A stretch of 64,000 nucleotides of DNA from Candidatus Daviesbacteria bacterium (lineage in GTDB: Bacteria; Patescibacteriota; Microgenomatia; Daviesbacterales; UBA10151): contig JACPEW010000020.1 in assembly GCA_016183305.1 (NCBI GenBank), positions 4,247 through 68,246 on the forward strand. Direction: 5' to 3'. The position numbers were made by a program, and so were the translations under genes. This document shows, piece after piece, positions 1 through 8,244 of this stretch (the first letter of the stretch is position 1; the number at the start of each line of letters is the position of its first letter). Below the pieces are notes generated by a model that was given only the letters and a program-made list of their open reading frames with translations, did no database searches and was not told where the DNA came from.

Positions 1-33
1 TTATACCATAAATGTACTGACAATGTACTGACA

Positions 34-437
34 TTAAATTTTTATACCAAGCTCCTGAAGCCTTATATTTAGATCTTGAGGATCTTTAAAAAGTATCCCT
101 TTTATGCCTACTTTTTCTGCTCCTTTGATATTACTTTCTCTGTCATCAATAAATATAGCCTCTTCAGGTTTAACTTTTTCATCAATTCATACACCTCTTC
201 ATTTAAAATAGAAGTATTTAAAATTTCCTCCTTAACTTGCCCTACAGTTTTACCGGTTTCTTTTGCCAGGTGCTCCAAAAATTGAGTGGGAGTAATGGTC
301 TCCCTATCAACTTGATGGGAAATATCCATAAAAAATTGTCTTTTTTCCTCAAGGTTAGGGATATTTTTTCCTAGCCACATCCAATAGGCTTCTGACATAA
401 TCACCCCAGCATTGTCAAAAATAATAGCTTTAACCAT
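34..437 (-). pseudogene. HAD-family phosphatase with internal deletion and frameshift
   Basis: N-term KAIIFDNAGV (motif I). The C-terminal KPEEAIFIDDRESNIKGAEKVGIKGILF (motif IV) continues in another frame to a stop at 34-36; the middle of the domain is missing. Confidence 0.8.
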
Positions 438-474
438 TAAACTTAATATATTATAACAAACTTACCTCTTCCCC

Positions 475-523
475 TGTCATTCCGACCCTGAGCGAACGAA
501 GTGAGGTCGAAGGGGAGGAATCT
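475..523. repeat. TGTCAT...ATCT REP-like palindromic element
   Basis: tgtcattccgaccctgagc...gtcgaaggggaggaatct; same termini as copies at 6094, 13426, 35728, 62629, 62692. Confidence 0.7.
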
Positions 524-631
524 TCCACCTAAATCAATTAATTAACTTGGAAGATTGCTTCAGGTTTTTTAGACCTTTAAGGATTATATGGTTTAAATAC
601 ATATTTTTTCATTGTTTTTAAGTATGTCAAT

Positions 632-1432
632 TTATAGCTCAAAATCCAAAATTAAGGGTAGATGATCGGAGACATCAGAATCTAAAACTTCAAAAGAATT
701 TACCTTAACCCCTTTGCTGATAAGGATAAAATCTATAACATTTCTTTTTAAATGGCTTAACTCATTACTTTCAGGCCTGGTGGTTTGGATATTATGCTGG
801 TCTACTAAGCTAATAAAGTGTTTATTAAATACCTTCATAGATTCAGAATCAGGAAACAAATTAAAATCCCCAGCTATAATAGTGGGATAATTTACCTCTC
901 TAGCAAGCTGATTAATCTTTTTACAAGCTTTCAAAGTTTCTTTATTCCCAATTTTCTCCTTGGTCCAAATACCATGGTAATTTAGAATCCTAAGCTTTTT
1001 ATTTCCTGATAAGATTAAGTCTACTACCTGGACTGATTTAACCTCATTTTCAGGCCAATTTGTCCACTCAGTCATTGGCCCAAAGTTATTTTTGAGGAAA
1101 ATATTAGCAGTTTTTAACATCTCAAACCTAGATTTAACATAAATTCCAGATTCAATCCAGCCTCCAAAATCTATAAAATAATCTTCTTTTTTGTGGAAAT
1201 TTTTAAGATGAAAATCTTTGCTTAACCAAGTAGAGCTAAAAAAAGAGTGGGTTAGTTTTTTAGTAGCTTTATCAATAAAATCTTTAGATAAATAGTCTTT
1301 AACTACTTTAGGGTCAATGCTTAAGGCCACTTCCTGCAAACAGACAATATCAGGTTCCTGATCAAGCAAGAATTGATAAAGTTTCTCATTGTTAGTCTCG
1401 AATAGGGCTACATTTAGAGAGATTAGTTTCAT
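632..1432 (-). CDS. Endonuclease/exonuclease/phosphatase (EEP) family protein
   Basis: Motifs LQEV, AGDFN, IDFI, SDHLP. Confidence 0.9.
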   Translation of the reverse strand: MKLISLNVALFETNNEKLYQFLLDQEPDIVCLQEVALSIDPKVVKDYLSKDFIDKATKKLTHSFFSSTWLSKDFHLKNFHKKEDYFIDFGGWIESGIYVKSRFEMLKTANIFLKNNFGPMTEWTNWPENEVKSVQVVDLILSGNKKLRILNYHGIWTKEKIGNKETLKACKKINQLAREVNYPTIIAGDFNLFPDSESMKVFNKHFISLVDQHNIQTTRPESNELSHLKRNVIDFILISKGVKVNSFEVLDSDVSDHLPLILDFEL

Positions 1433-1447
1433 TTACTAAAAATTATA

Positions 1448-1867
1448 TCAGTTACCGATGTCCTGAGGTTGCAAAAGGGTAATTTCCTTAAACTTTTTGA
1501 AGTCTTTATCAAAAGTAACGATCTTATTAATTTTATTTTCTAAGCAGACTGCCAGATGGATTAAATCCCTGCTGCTGGCATTTTTATAAATAGAAACATA
1601 TTTTAAGTAAATTTCTATGATGGACTGATCAATGGGTAGCAGACCGCTTAACAATTGAAGGGTTTGCTTAGCAGCTTCTAAACCTTCCTTCACCTGTTTA
1701 ACATTTTTACTGTAATGGATAATTTCCTGAATGGTTTCCGTTGAGGTCAGCAGTAAAATCTTTTCTTTTTTACAAAATTTAATAAACTTAAAACAAGAGA
1801 GATAATAGGGAGATGATTTGTCTGATAAATAGAGGAAAATATTGGTATCCAAGTACAGGCTATTCAT
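1448..1867 (-). CDS. vapC: PIN-domain (VapC-type) toxin
   Basis: YLDTNIF...QEII...RDLIHLA...TFDKDF; start taken at MNSLYLDTN. Confidence 0.85.
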   Translation of the reverse strand: MNSLYLDTNIFLYLSDKSSPYYLSCFKFIKFCKKEKILLLTSTETIQEIIHYSKNVKQVKEGLEAAKQTLQLLSGLLPIDQSIIEIYLKYVSIYKNASSRDLIHLAVCLENKINKIVTFDKDFKKFKEITLLQPQDIGN

Positions 1868-2096
1868 ACCTTTTTTCAAAGATCTTTTTCATCTGCCCAG
1901 GGCTTTGGGTTTTAATGCCAATAGATCCCATTCTTTTGGCAACTGTTTCTATATCAGGCTTGGAACCTTCCTCTAAAGGGATAATTTTGTATCTTTTATT
2001 GCTATCTTTTTTAATAATAGTCACTTCTTCTCCACCATCTATCATCTTAAAAACCTTAAATATCTGGTTGCGAAGTTCTGTCACATGCAGGATCAT
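1860..2096 (-). CDS. Phd/YefM-type antitoxin
   Basis: VTELRNQIFKVF...GEEVTI; overlaps the PIN gene; TGTACA repeats in the promoter at 2097-2118. Confidence 0.8.
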   Translation of the reverse strand: MILHVTELRNQIFKVFKMIDGGEEVTIIKKDSNKRYKIIPLEEGSKPDIETVAKRMGSIGIKTQSPGQMKKIFEKRYE

Positions 2097-2450
2097 ATGT
2101 ACATAGTGTACATGACAACTGTTATGCTGTCAAGATATTATTTTAGGAACCATTTCTTGCAGGATATTCTCTCAGTAATGGTCTATCTCTAAAACCTCTG
2201 TAAAGAGCAAGTTGGTAATGAAATGCGATACCTTTATTGATTTGCCAAGGATGAGGTGCATCAGGTCTAGCGGGCTCAGCTAATTCACCTCCGTCTTGGG
2301 TTGTTGATTCAGCACCTTTATAATTCCTTCCGCATTTTCCATAAATTATATTTTATCATGAATAAATTACTGGCTAATGGCTACTTGATCTAGATTGTTG
2401 TAGATAAGCTATCTTGTAGTGCTACCTAAAAATGAACTATTTTAGAGTAT

Positions 2451-3320
2451 ATGGCTTGGGATAATATTCCCCGTATTCACTGTTTTTCTTTGGGGGATCT
2501 TCATGAATTTGACAGGTGTTTTTTTTCTTTTTTTGTTAAACACCATTTAGGTAAAAAATACGAAGTGGCAGAAGGTAATATGAGCCAGGCTGTAGGTTGC
2601 TTGCTGGATTTGGCTATTAAAAAGCTTCATCAAATTAGAGCTTATAACCAGTCCCCCCAGTATCTTCAAACTTTAATTAAAGCAGCAGAAAGGGAGATGA
2701 GGGAAGATATTGAAAAAAGAGGTAAAAATTCTTTTTATGGGGCCCAATTGGAATTCTTAACTCCTGAGGTAGTAAGCAGAGCCCAGGAAATTTTTAAAAA
2801 ATATATGCAGCAGATAGCAGGTAAGTTTAAAAAACTGCTTTTGACAGAAATATCTCAAAAACAAAAACCATTCTGGCAAAGAGTAATTAGCTCTACCCAA
2901 GATTTAAAACTCTGGGGAGGACCAGATGCTATAGAAATAGGAGAAGACGGGGTTCCCGAGGTGGTGGATTATAAATACTTTGAGGATTTAGAAAGAGGTA
3001 AAGGTAATTTAGATATGGATTTGATGCCTAAAGTCTATATTTTGCTTTGTGCTGAAGATTTAAAAAAATCAGGTTTTTCTAAAGCCAGGTTTAAAATCAG
3101 GTTTTGGGAGGATCCTTTAAATGAGGATTTTTATGAAGAATTTGATTTAACAAATGCTCCAAATTTAGAAAATTATCTAAAAGATAAAATAGAAAGGATA
3201 CTGCGGACTACTGAAGTTTCTTTTTGTGAAAGGGATTACTGTAGGGTCTGCAAGCATCCTCAAAAAGCAGAATGGCTTAAACAATTAGCAGCTTTGGGTC
3301 TGGTAGAGCATAAAGTATAA
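2451..3320 (+). CDS. PD-(D/E)XK nuclease family protein (AddB/RecB-like, C-terminal Cys cluster)
   Basis: GGPDAIE...VVDYK motif; C-terminal C-x4-C-x2-C. Confidence 0.7.
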   Translation: MAWDNIPRIHCFSLGDLHEFDRCFFSFFVKHHLGKKYEVAEGNMSQAVGCLLDLAIKKLHQIRAYNQSPQYLQTLIKAAEREMREDIEKRGKNSFYGAQLEFLTPEVVSRAQEIFKKYMQQIAGKFKKLLLTEISQKQKPFWQRVISSTQDLKLWGGPDAIEIGEDGVPEVVDYKYFEDLERGKGNLDMDLMPKVYILLCAEDLKKSGFSKARFKIRFWEDPLNEDFYEEFDLTNAPNLENYLKDKIERILRTTEVSFCERDYCRVCKHPQKAEWLKQLAALGLVEHKV

Positions 3321-3334
3321 TACTATTGACTTAT

Positions 3335-4133
3335 ATGAGCAGAGCAGAGCAGAGCGATTTGGCCAGGTTTTTTCCCACTAGCTCTAAGACCTTGTAGTCT
3401 TAGATTCCATATTCCTTACCAGCCAGTAGGGATTGACCAGGGTTTATTAATAGAGGAACAAGAAACCAGTAAAGTAAATTCAACCTTGGCTGAAGCTGAA
3501 ATTTGTTTTTCAGTAGTGGAACTAAACCAGCGGGCGGGCGCAGGGGAATTAGTAGCTGTTAGAGTAGCTAAGCTTATTAATAATGATCTTCAAACTAGGT
3601 TACTAGAACGGGAAGGAAAATATTCGTTTCAAGTAACAGCTGCTGGTAAATCAGGTTTATATAATGCTTTAGTTTTTGCTAAGGCGATTAGCTTAACAGA
3701 TGCCTTGCGTTTGATTAAAGAAGAATCCAAAGCAATTGGATTGGCTCAAAAAGCCTATTTCTCCTCTGCCGTTACCTCGGAAGATTTGTTATATACGCCT
3801 ATTCTAAGGGATTTCTTAAACAATATGCAGGACACTACTGCTGAAGTAGCAATTAAACAACCTAACTTGACTGTAGTAAACGGAAAAGGTAATAAGGTTT
3901 CTGGGGAGGCAGAAATCAGGCAAGAAATCATCGAGCAAGCTCTTAGGCCATACAACGAATTAGCAGTTAATGAGACATTAAGAAAGCTTAAAGCTTATCG
4001 GCCTTTTGAGGTTGGACTACAACCAAGAGGTAATAAAACATACCTGACCGGTGCAATGGCAGCAGGTACAATTTTAGCACTAATAGCTTGTGAGGCTTAT
4101 GGTAGATATCAGAGAAGAAATAAATTAAGTTAG
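3335..4133 (+). pseudogene. Divergent FabD/acyltransferase-like protein, frameshifted in a GAGCA repeat just after the start codon
   Basis: The 3486-4133 frame is open back to ~3339 (RAIWPGF...). AAGKSGLYNALVFAKAISLTDALRLI resembles FabD GHSLGEYSAL...SFEDALRLV. ATG 3335 is out of frame by 1 nt across (GAGCA)3GAGCG. Confidence 0.5.
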
Positions 4134-4685
4134 TTTCACTTCAGTTAAAGTATTATGCTGATGGAAGCCATCAGAGGGGATTGATTCAAAAAGTTTTATA
4201 GAAGTAATCTGGATTGGCTCAAAGTTTTGGGCCATGATTTCTTCTAAACCTCTTTCCAGATTTCTATCAACTGCAAAGTCATTATTTAATTTGGCAATGG
4301 AAATATGTGGGACAAAGCGCCTTTCATCTATGGGTAAGTGTAAGTCTTCTAGCTCATCTTGAATTCTTTCATGGATAATAAAAAGCTTATCAATATCACC
4401 TTTTACCCCTACCCATAAAACCTTAGGTTGGTGAATGGTAGGGAAGCCATCAATATATGCAGGAGTCACCTCAAAAGAAGGAATATCAAAGGTTGCATCT
4501 TTAATAACTTGAGCTAAAGACTTTCTATAAATATCTGGTTGTTCCCCAATAAAGGCTAAAGTAAGGTGAACTTTGTCCAAAGCAGTAAGTTTTGCCTGAG
4601 GAATTAATGTATGCAAACTCTTTTGAATAGCTTGAAACTGTGCTAAATTCCCACTTGGTATTTCCAGGGCTATGAAGAACCTCAT
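4125..4685 (-). CDS. thpR: RNA 2',3'-cyclic phosphodiesterase (2H family)
   Basis: MRFFIAL, HLTLAF and PHISIAK (two HxT/S motifs). Confidence 0.9.
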   Translation of the reverse strand: MRFFIALEIPSGNLAQFQAIQKSLHTLIPQAKLTALDKVHLTLAFIGEQPDIYRKSLAQVIKDATFDIPSFEVTPAYIDGFPTIHQPKVLWVGVKGDIDKLFIIHERIQDELEDLHLPIDERRFVPHISIAKLNNDFAVDRNLERGLEEIMAQNFEPIQITSIKLFESIPSDGFHQHNTLTEVKLT

Positions 4686-4704
4686 TTAATTTTTATTTTA
4701 GAAA

Positions 4705-5001
4705 CTAGCTTGAGAGCCCGAAGGGTATCGGGGAGTATGGCTTTTGTAAACATACTACCTTTCTTTTATCTAATCCTAAAAAGTCAGCCCAAAAGTTGGC
4801 AGTTTTTGGTGAAAGGTCCCTGCTGGTTAAGAGTAAAGCCTTAATATCCTCTTTTTGGAAATTATCCGCTACCCATTTTAAAGCGCTGGTGTCACCGCGG
4901 TCAAGCAGGCGTTTGAGGATAAAAGACCGGGATTTTTCCAAGCTTACCTTATTAAAATCCACATCCCAAAAATATTGTTTAAATGATCTAGGAAGTTTCA
5001 T
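4705..5001 (-). CDS. DUF6922-like small protein (usually upstream of AbiEii nucleotidyltransferases)
   Basis: YFWDVDF...ILKRLLDRGD...LSPKTANFW. Confidence 0.6.
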   Translation of the reverse strand: MKLPRSFKQYFWDVDFNKVSLEKSRSFILKRLLDRGDTSALKWVADNFQKEDIKALLLTSRDLSPKTANFWADFLGLDKRKVVCLQKPYSPIPFGLSS

Positions 5002-5050
5002 GTCTTGACAATATTATACCAATATTTTATATTAATTGTGAAAACTGAAT

Positions 5051-5170
5051 ATCAATCAAGAGCGGTAGATAGAGTATTGGCTCGTTAAGCTACCCAGCAA
5101 CCTAGCAAAACTAAGGTGCTACACCCAAACCTAACGTCGATTTACAATCGAACGAAAGGGAGGATTAGTC
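5051..5170 (+). ncRNA. SAM-I (S-box) or SAM-I/IV-like riboswitch aptamer
   Basis: Landmarks ATCAAGAG, GAG..TTGGCTC, CAGCAACC, AAGGTGCT, a P4 hairpin tcgat/atcga and closing GATT, in the correct order. Confidence 0.7.
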
Positions 5171-5197
5171 CTGAAATAAATTTAAGGAAAAAAGTAT

Positions 5198-5224
5198 AAC
5201 CTCTCTTTCAAGAGAGGTTTTTTT
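5198..5224 (+). terminator. Intrinsic terminator (riboswitch expression platform)
   Basis: aacctctct-ttca-agagaggtt followed by a T run. Confidence 0.8.
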
Positions 5225-5242
5225 ATGGAAGGAGGTGAAAAT

Positions 5243-5617
5243 ATGGCAAGTAGAGAAAATGGAAATCCATATGGATTTTATGATGCATTATTAGATGAGG
5301 CTGCAACAGCTGTAGCCCGAGGCCGAAAGGCCACTGCACCTGAGGATTCAGGGCAAGTTGTTATTCCTGTTGCTGACATTAACAACGGACATGCACGTTT
5401 AGTATTAGGTAATTTTCCCTATGAGAAAAGATTTAGAGGTATTCCAGGTCGCAGCCTAACTGGAAGATCAACAATACAACCTGTGTTTGCTGTGGTAGAA
5501 GGCCGAGCAATTACGCCTATACCTTACGCAGAGAATGTTTTAGGACTGGGGGTGCCATTAGCTTCAGAGGTAGTTAGTCGTTTGGAAGCATTAAGGGAGA
5601 GGCAGGCTGCTATTTAA
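5243..5617 (+). CDS. Hypothetical protein downstream of the SAM riboswitch
   Basis: GGAGGT RBS before ATG 5243; no recognisable motif. Confidence 0.65.
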   Translation: MASRENGNPYGFYDALLDEAATAVARGRKATAPEDSGQVVIPVADINNGHARLVLGNFPYEKRFRGIPGRSLTGRSTIQPVFAVVEGRAITPIPYAENVLGLGVPLASEVVSRLEALRERQAAI

Positions 5618-5635
5618 TGCCCAAAGATTTAATTT

Positions 5636-5669
5636 GAGCTGGGTGAGTCAACCCGCGCCCAGCTCTTTT
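5636..5669 (+). terminator. Intrinsic terminator
   Basis: gagctgggtg...cgcccagctc followed by tttt. Confidence 0.7.
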
Positions 5670-5755
5670 ATTGGACAAACGGGGAGAGTTGCTTAAGATA
5701 CTTGAAATCTCAATTATTTATGGCATACCGTAGGGATGAGGGGAGGTGATGGAAA

Positions 5756-6031
5756 ATGGTAAAACCAGAAAGCGGATCAGGTGAGATGACTATCAGAGAA
5801 GCTGGAAAACTGGGTGGTGAGGCTGTGGTTGAGACAAGAGGTCCGGAATTCTATAGAGAAATCGGCAGGAAAGGCGGTATAGCAGTTAGAGAAAGCAGGG
5901 GGTCTGAATTCTTTAAAGAAATTGGCAGAAAGGGTGGGGAGACTTTAAGAGATCAGGTGGGCCCGGGATATTATTCCAGAATAGGCCGGATGGGTGGCAC
6001 GTCAAAAAAAGGTCGGGAGCGGTTACATTAA
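5756..6031 (+). CDS. KGG-repeat general stress protein (GsiB-like)
   Basis: Repeated EFYREIGRKGG units; GGAGGT RBS. Confidence 0.85.
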   Translation: MVKPESGSGEMTIREAGKLGGEAVVETRGPEFYREIGRKGGIAVRESRGSEFFKEIGRKGGETLRDQVGPGYYSRIGRMGGTSKKGRERLH

Positions 6032-6093
6032 GTTTTTGTAATTATGTCCGTGGCTGCTGCATAGAGTAGAGCTTCAGGATTTAACAAAGGATT

Positions 6094-6161
6094 TGTCATC
6101 TCGAGCGACTAGCGAGAGATCTTCCGAGGTTGGAAGATTCCTCGTTTCACTCGGAATGACA
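6094..6161. repeat. Inverted pair of TGTCAT...ATCT REP-like elements
   Basis: tgtcatctcgagcg..cgagagatct, spacer, agattcctcg..ctcggaatgaca. Confidence 0.75.
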
Positions 6162-6235
6162 GGTTTTGACAACTCCTGAACGATTACTGCATAGAATCTT
6201 GACTAATACATACAAAAACTATATAATTATATTGT

Positions 6236-6520
6236 ATGAATAGGGTTATTGTTCAGGTTCCTATGTCAAAAGAGTTAAAAGAAAAGGCTGAAACAGTATC
6301 TTCTGATATGGGTTTTTCTTCCTTGCAAGAGATCATTAGATTGTTTCTTAATAAGATAGCTGCTGGTGAAGTTAATGTGAGATTTGAAGAAACAGTTAAG
6401 CTTTCACCAAAAGCTGTTAAACGTTACGATAAAATGATTGATGAGATAGAATCCGGGAAAGTTAAGACTGAAGAGTTTACTGATACAGATAGTTTGATGA
6501 AGTATTTAAATGATAATTAG
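6236..6520 (+). CDS. RelB/DinJ-like antitoxin
   Basis: RHH-like N-terminus (LKEKAE..SSDMGFSSLQEIIRLFL); C-terminal FTDTDSLMKYL; overlaps the toxin gene. Confidence 0.75.
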   Translation: MNRVIVQVPMSKELKEKAETVSSDMGFSSLQEIIRLFLNKIAAGEVNVRFEETVKLSPKAVKRYDKMIDEIESGKVKTEEFTDTDSLMKYLNDN

Positions 6521-6776
6521 GTTAGGTAAGAGGTTTAAAAAAGCTTACAAAACTAGAATTGCTTCTAATAAAAGATTAATTCTACAAGCAAAAGAGAGAA
6601 TTGATTTGTTTAGATCTGATCCTCAAAATCCCATTTTAAAAGATCATAGATTGTCCGGAGCCAAACGGGAATTACGTGCATTTTCTATTACAGGGGATAT
6701 CCGTTTAGTTTATTAACCAGTTTCAGAAGACGAAGTTATATTCTTAGATATTGGATCACACAACCAGGTGTATTAA
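6510..6776 (+). pseudogene. YafQ/RelE-family toxin with premature TAA at 6714-6716
   Basis: LKDHRLSG..LRAFSITGDIRLVY*PVSEDEVIFLDIGSHNQVY*; the conserved DIGSH lies after the stop. Confidence 0.85.
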
Positions 6777-6778
6777 CT

Positions 6779-6817
6779 TTAGGTTCCCTCATTCCAGGAG
6801 GAGAGGTATTTTTTCTG
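6779..6817 (-). repeat. Displaced copy of the ahcY 3' end (QKKYLSSWNEGT*)
   Basis: 37/39 nt identical to 8245-8283; both differences are synonymous. Confidence 0.9.
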
Positions 6818-6924
6818 TATTATTTATACTCTTTTTGTTAAGCGTCTCTGTCTAAACGCGTTAGATTTGCCTGATAGACTTTGAAGTGTTTTTATTATAA
6901 ACTATAAGTCTGAAAATATACTTA

Positions 6925-7479
6925 TGGTAGAAATACAACGGAGGCCTATTGATATAGATTTGGCAATTGCAGATATCAGGTATCCTGTGGGGGGGAGAAT
7001 GTGATGCAGAAAAGCTTCAGGTTGAATGTTTAGCTTTGGCAGCAGCAGATCAAAGTTTAGCGTTACCAGCTCAAGCTGTGTTGGAGTTAAGCAGGATAAT
7101 GAGGGTGCCTGTTAGTTCGGTTCCTGTGTTTGCAGGATTCGGGCGATGGGTCTTAGATCCTGAGGCGAGCGATGAATTGGGTGATTACGCTGAAGCATTA
7201 AGTGGTGTGCAGGAATGGCTTATTGAAAAAAGGCAATTTGAAAAATTAAAAGCTCCCCGTCCTAATGTGTCTGTAAATAGAGGATCACGACATGTAAGGT
7301 GAGACTTTAAAGGAAAAGTATTAGCCCTAAGACAGGCTGGAGATTCTTGCGCTGAGGTTGCTGAACAATTGGAGCGTCCCTTGGGAGCTATCCAGGAAGC
7401 ATCACGATGGTTAATAAGACAAGGCTTGCTTGATAATAGATCTAACAATAATCCTCAGGTTCGAAGAGGTTTGTATTAA
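6925..7479 (+). pseudogene. Hypothetical protein with C-terminal HTH; frameshift at a G7 tract and an in-frame TGA
   Basis: ATG 6925 joins the 6967 frame if G7 (6989-6995) is G6. The frame continues past TGA 7300-7302 as DFKGKVLALRQAGDSCAEVAEQLERPLGAIQEASRWL. Confidence 0.55.
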
Positions 7480-7502
7480 AATTCTGCCTCAGAGGAGTGA
7501 AG

Positions 7503-7904
7503 CTACACCTGGGGTTTGTGATATAACTTTTTCAAATCTTGGTCAGAAGTCAGGAATTCATCAGGCTGAAAGTTTTGGATTTGAGTTAAAATTATTGAAT
7601 CAGTAAATTTGATATTTGATTGCCTGAAGATATTTAAGGCCTGTTCTAGACTGGGTTTGTCTTCTGTCAGTACTCCTTCCAGAGCGAGTAATTCTTCAAG
7701 AAACTCAATGATTAAATCTTTTGGTTGTTTATAAAAAGACCATAAAACCCACTCTATTTCCGGGAAAACAATATCAGGAATAAAAATTCTGACCTTATTC
7801 AAAACACAATTGTTTATTAAATGTAATGCTTGAGTAAATCCAGGCTCTCTTTTAAGACGGTAGTCCAGTAAAACATTGGTATCAACGGCTGCGATTTTTG
7901 TCAT
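7503..7904 (-). CDS. vapC: PIN-domain (VapC-type) toxin
   Basis: AVDTNVLL...PEIEWVL...FTDSII...TSDQDL. Confidence 0.85.
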   Translation of the reverse strand: MTKIAAVDTNVLLDYRLKREPGFTQALHLINNCVLNKVRIFIPDIVFPEIEWVLWSFYKQPKDLIIEFLEELLALEGVLTEDKPSLEQALNIFRQSNIKFTDSIILTQIQNFQPDEFLTSDQDLKKLYHKPQV

Positions 7905-8169
7905 ATGGTCGTTTATCCTCAATCCATTTTTCTACAGCTATCTTTTCAGCAATTTCCCTGATTTGTTTTAAAGATTTTCCATCATCCAGATGAGCAAGGT
8001 CACCGGCAAACTGTAAAATATCTGATTTTTTCCTGGGTCTGCCAATAAAACCACCATCCAGGGTAGGGTAAATATCTATTTTAGCGCCTCTTTTTAAACC
8101 CAGAGTGTCCCGTACTGGTTTAGGAAGGGTTAATTGATTTTTGGTAGTTAGAGTTGTAGTAAAATTCAT
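7882..8169 (-). CDS. AbrB/MazE/SpoVT antitoxin
   Basis: TLTTKNQLTLPKPVRDTLGLKRG. Confidence 0.85.
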   Translation of the reverse strand: MNFTTTLTTKNQLTLPKPVRDTLGLKRGAKIDIYPTLDGGFIGRPRKKSDILQFAGDLAHLDDGKSLKQIREIAEKIAVEKWIEDKRPYDKNRSR

Positions 8170-8244
8170 ACACGCTAATTATATAAAAATCTTACTTTAT
8201 TGTCAAATGCCTTACTTTAAATTAAATATCCTTACTTAATAATT

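Noticed and set aside
11..33. Direct repeat (AATGTACTGAC)2
   Set aside because: Probably an operator for a gene outside the window; cannot be assigned.
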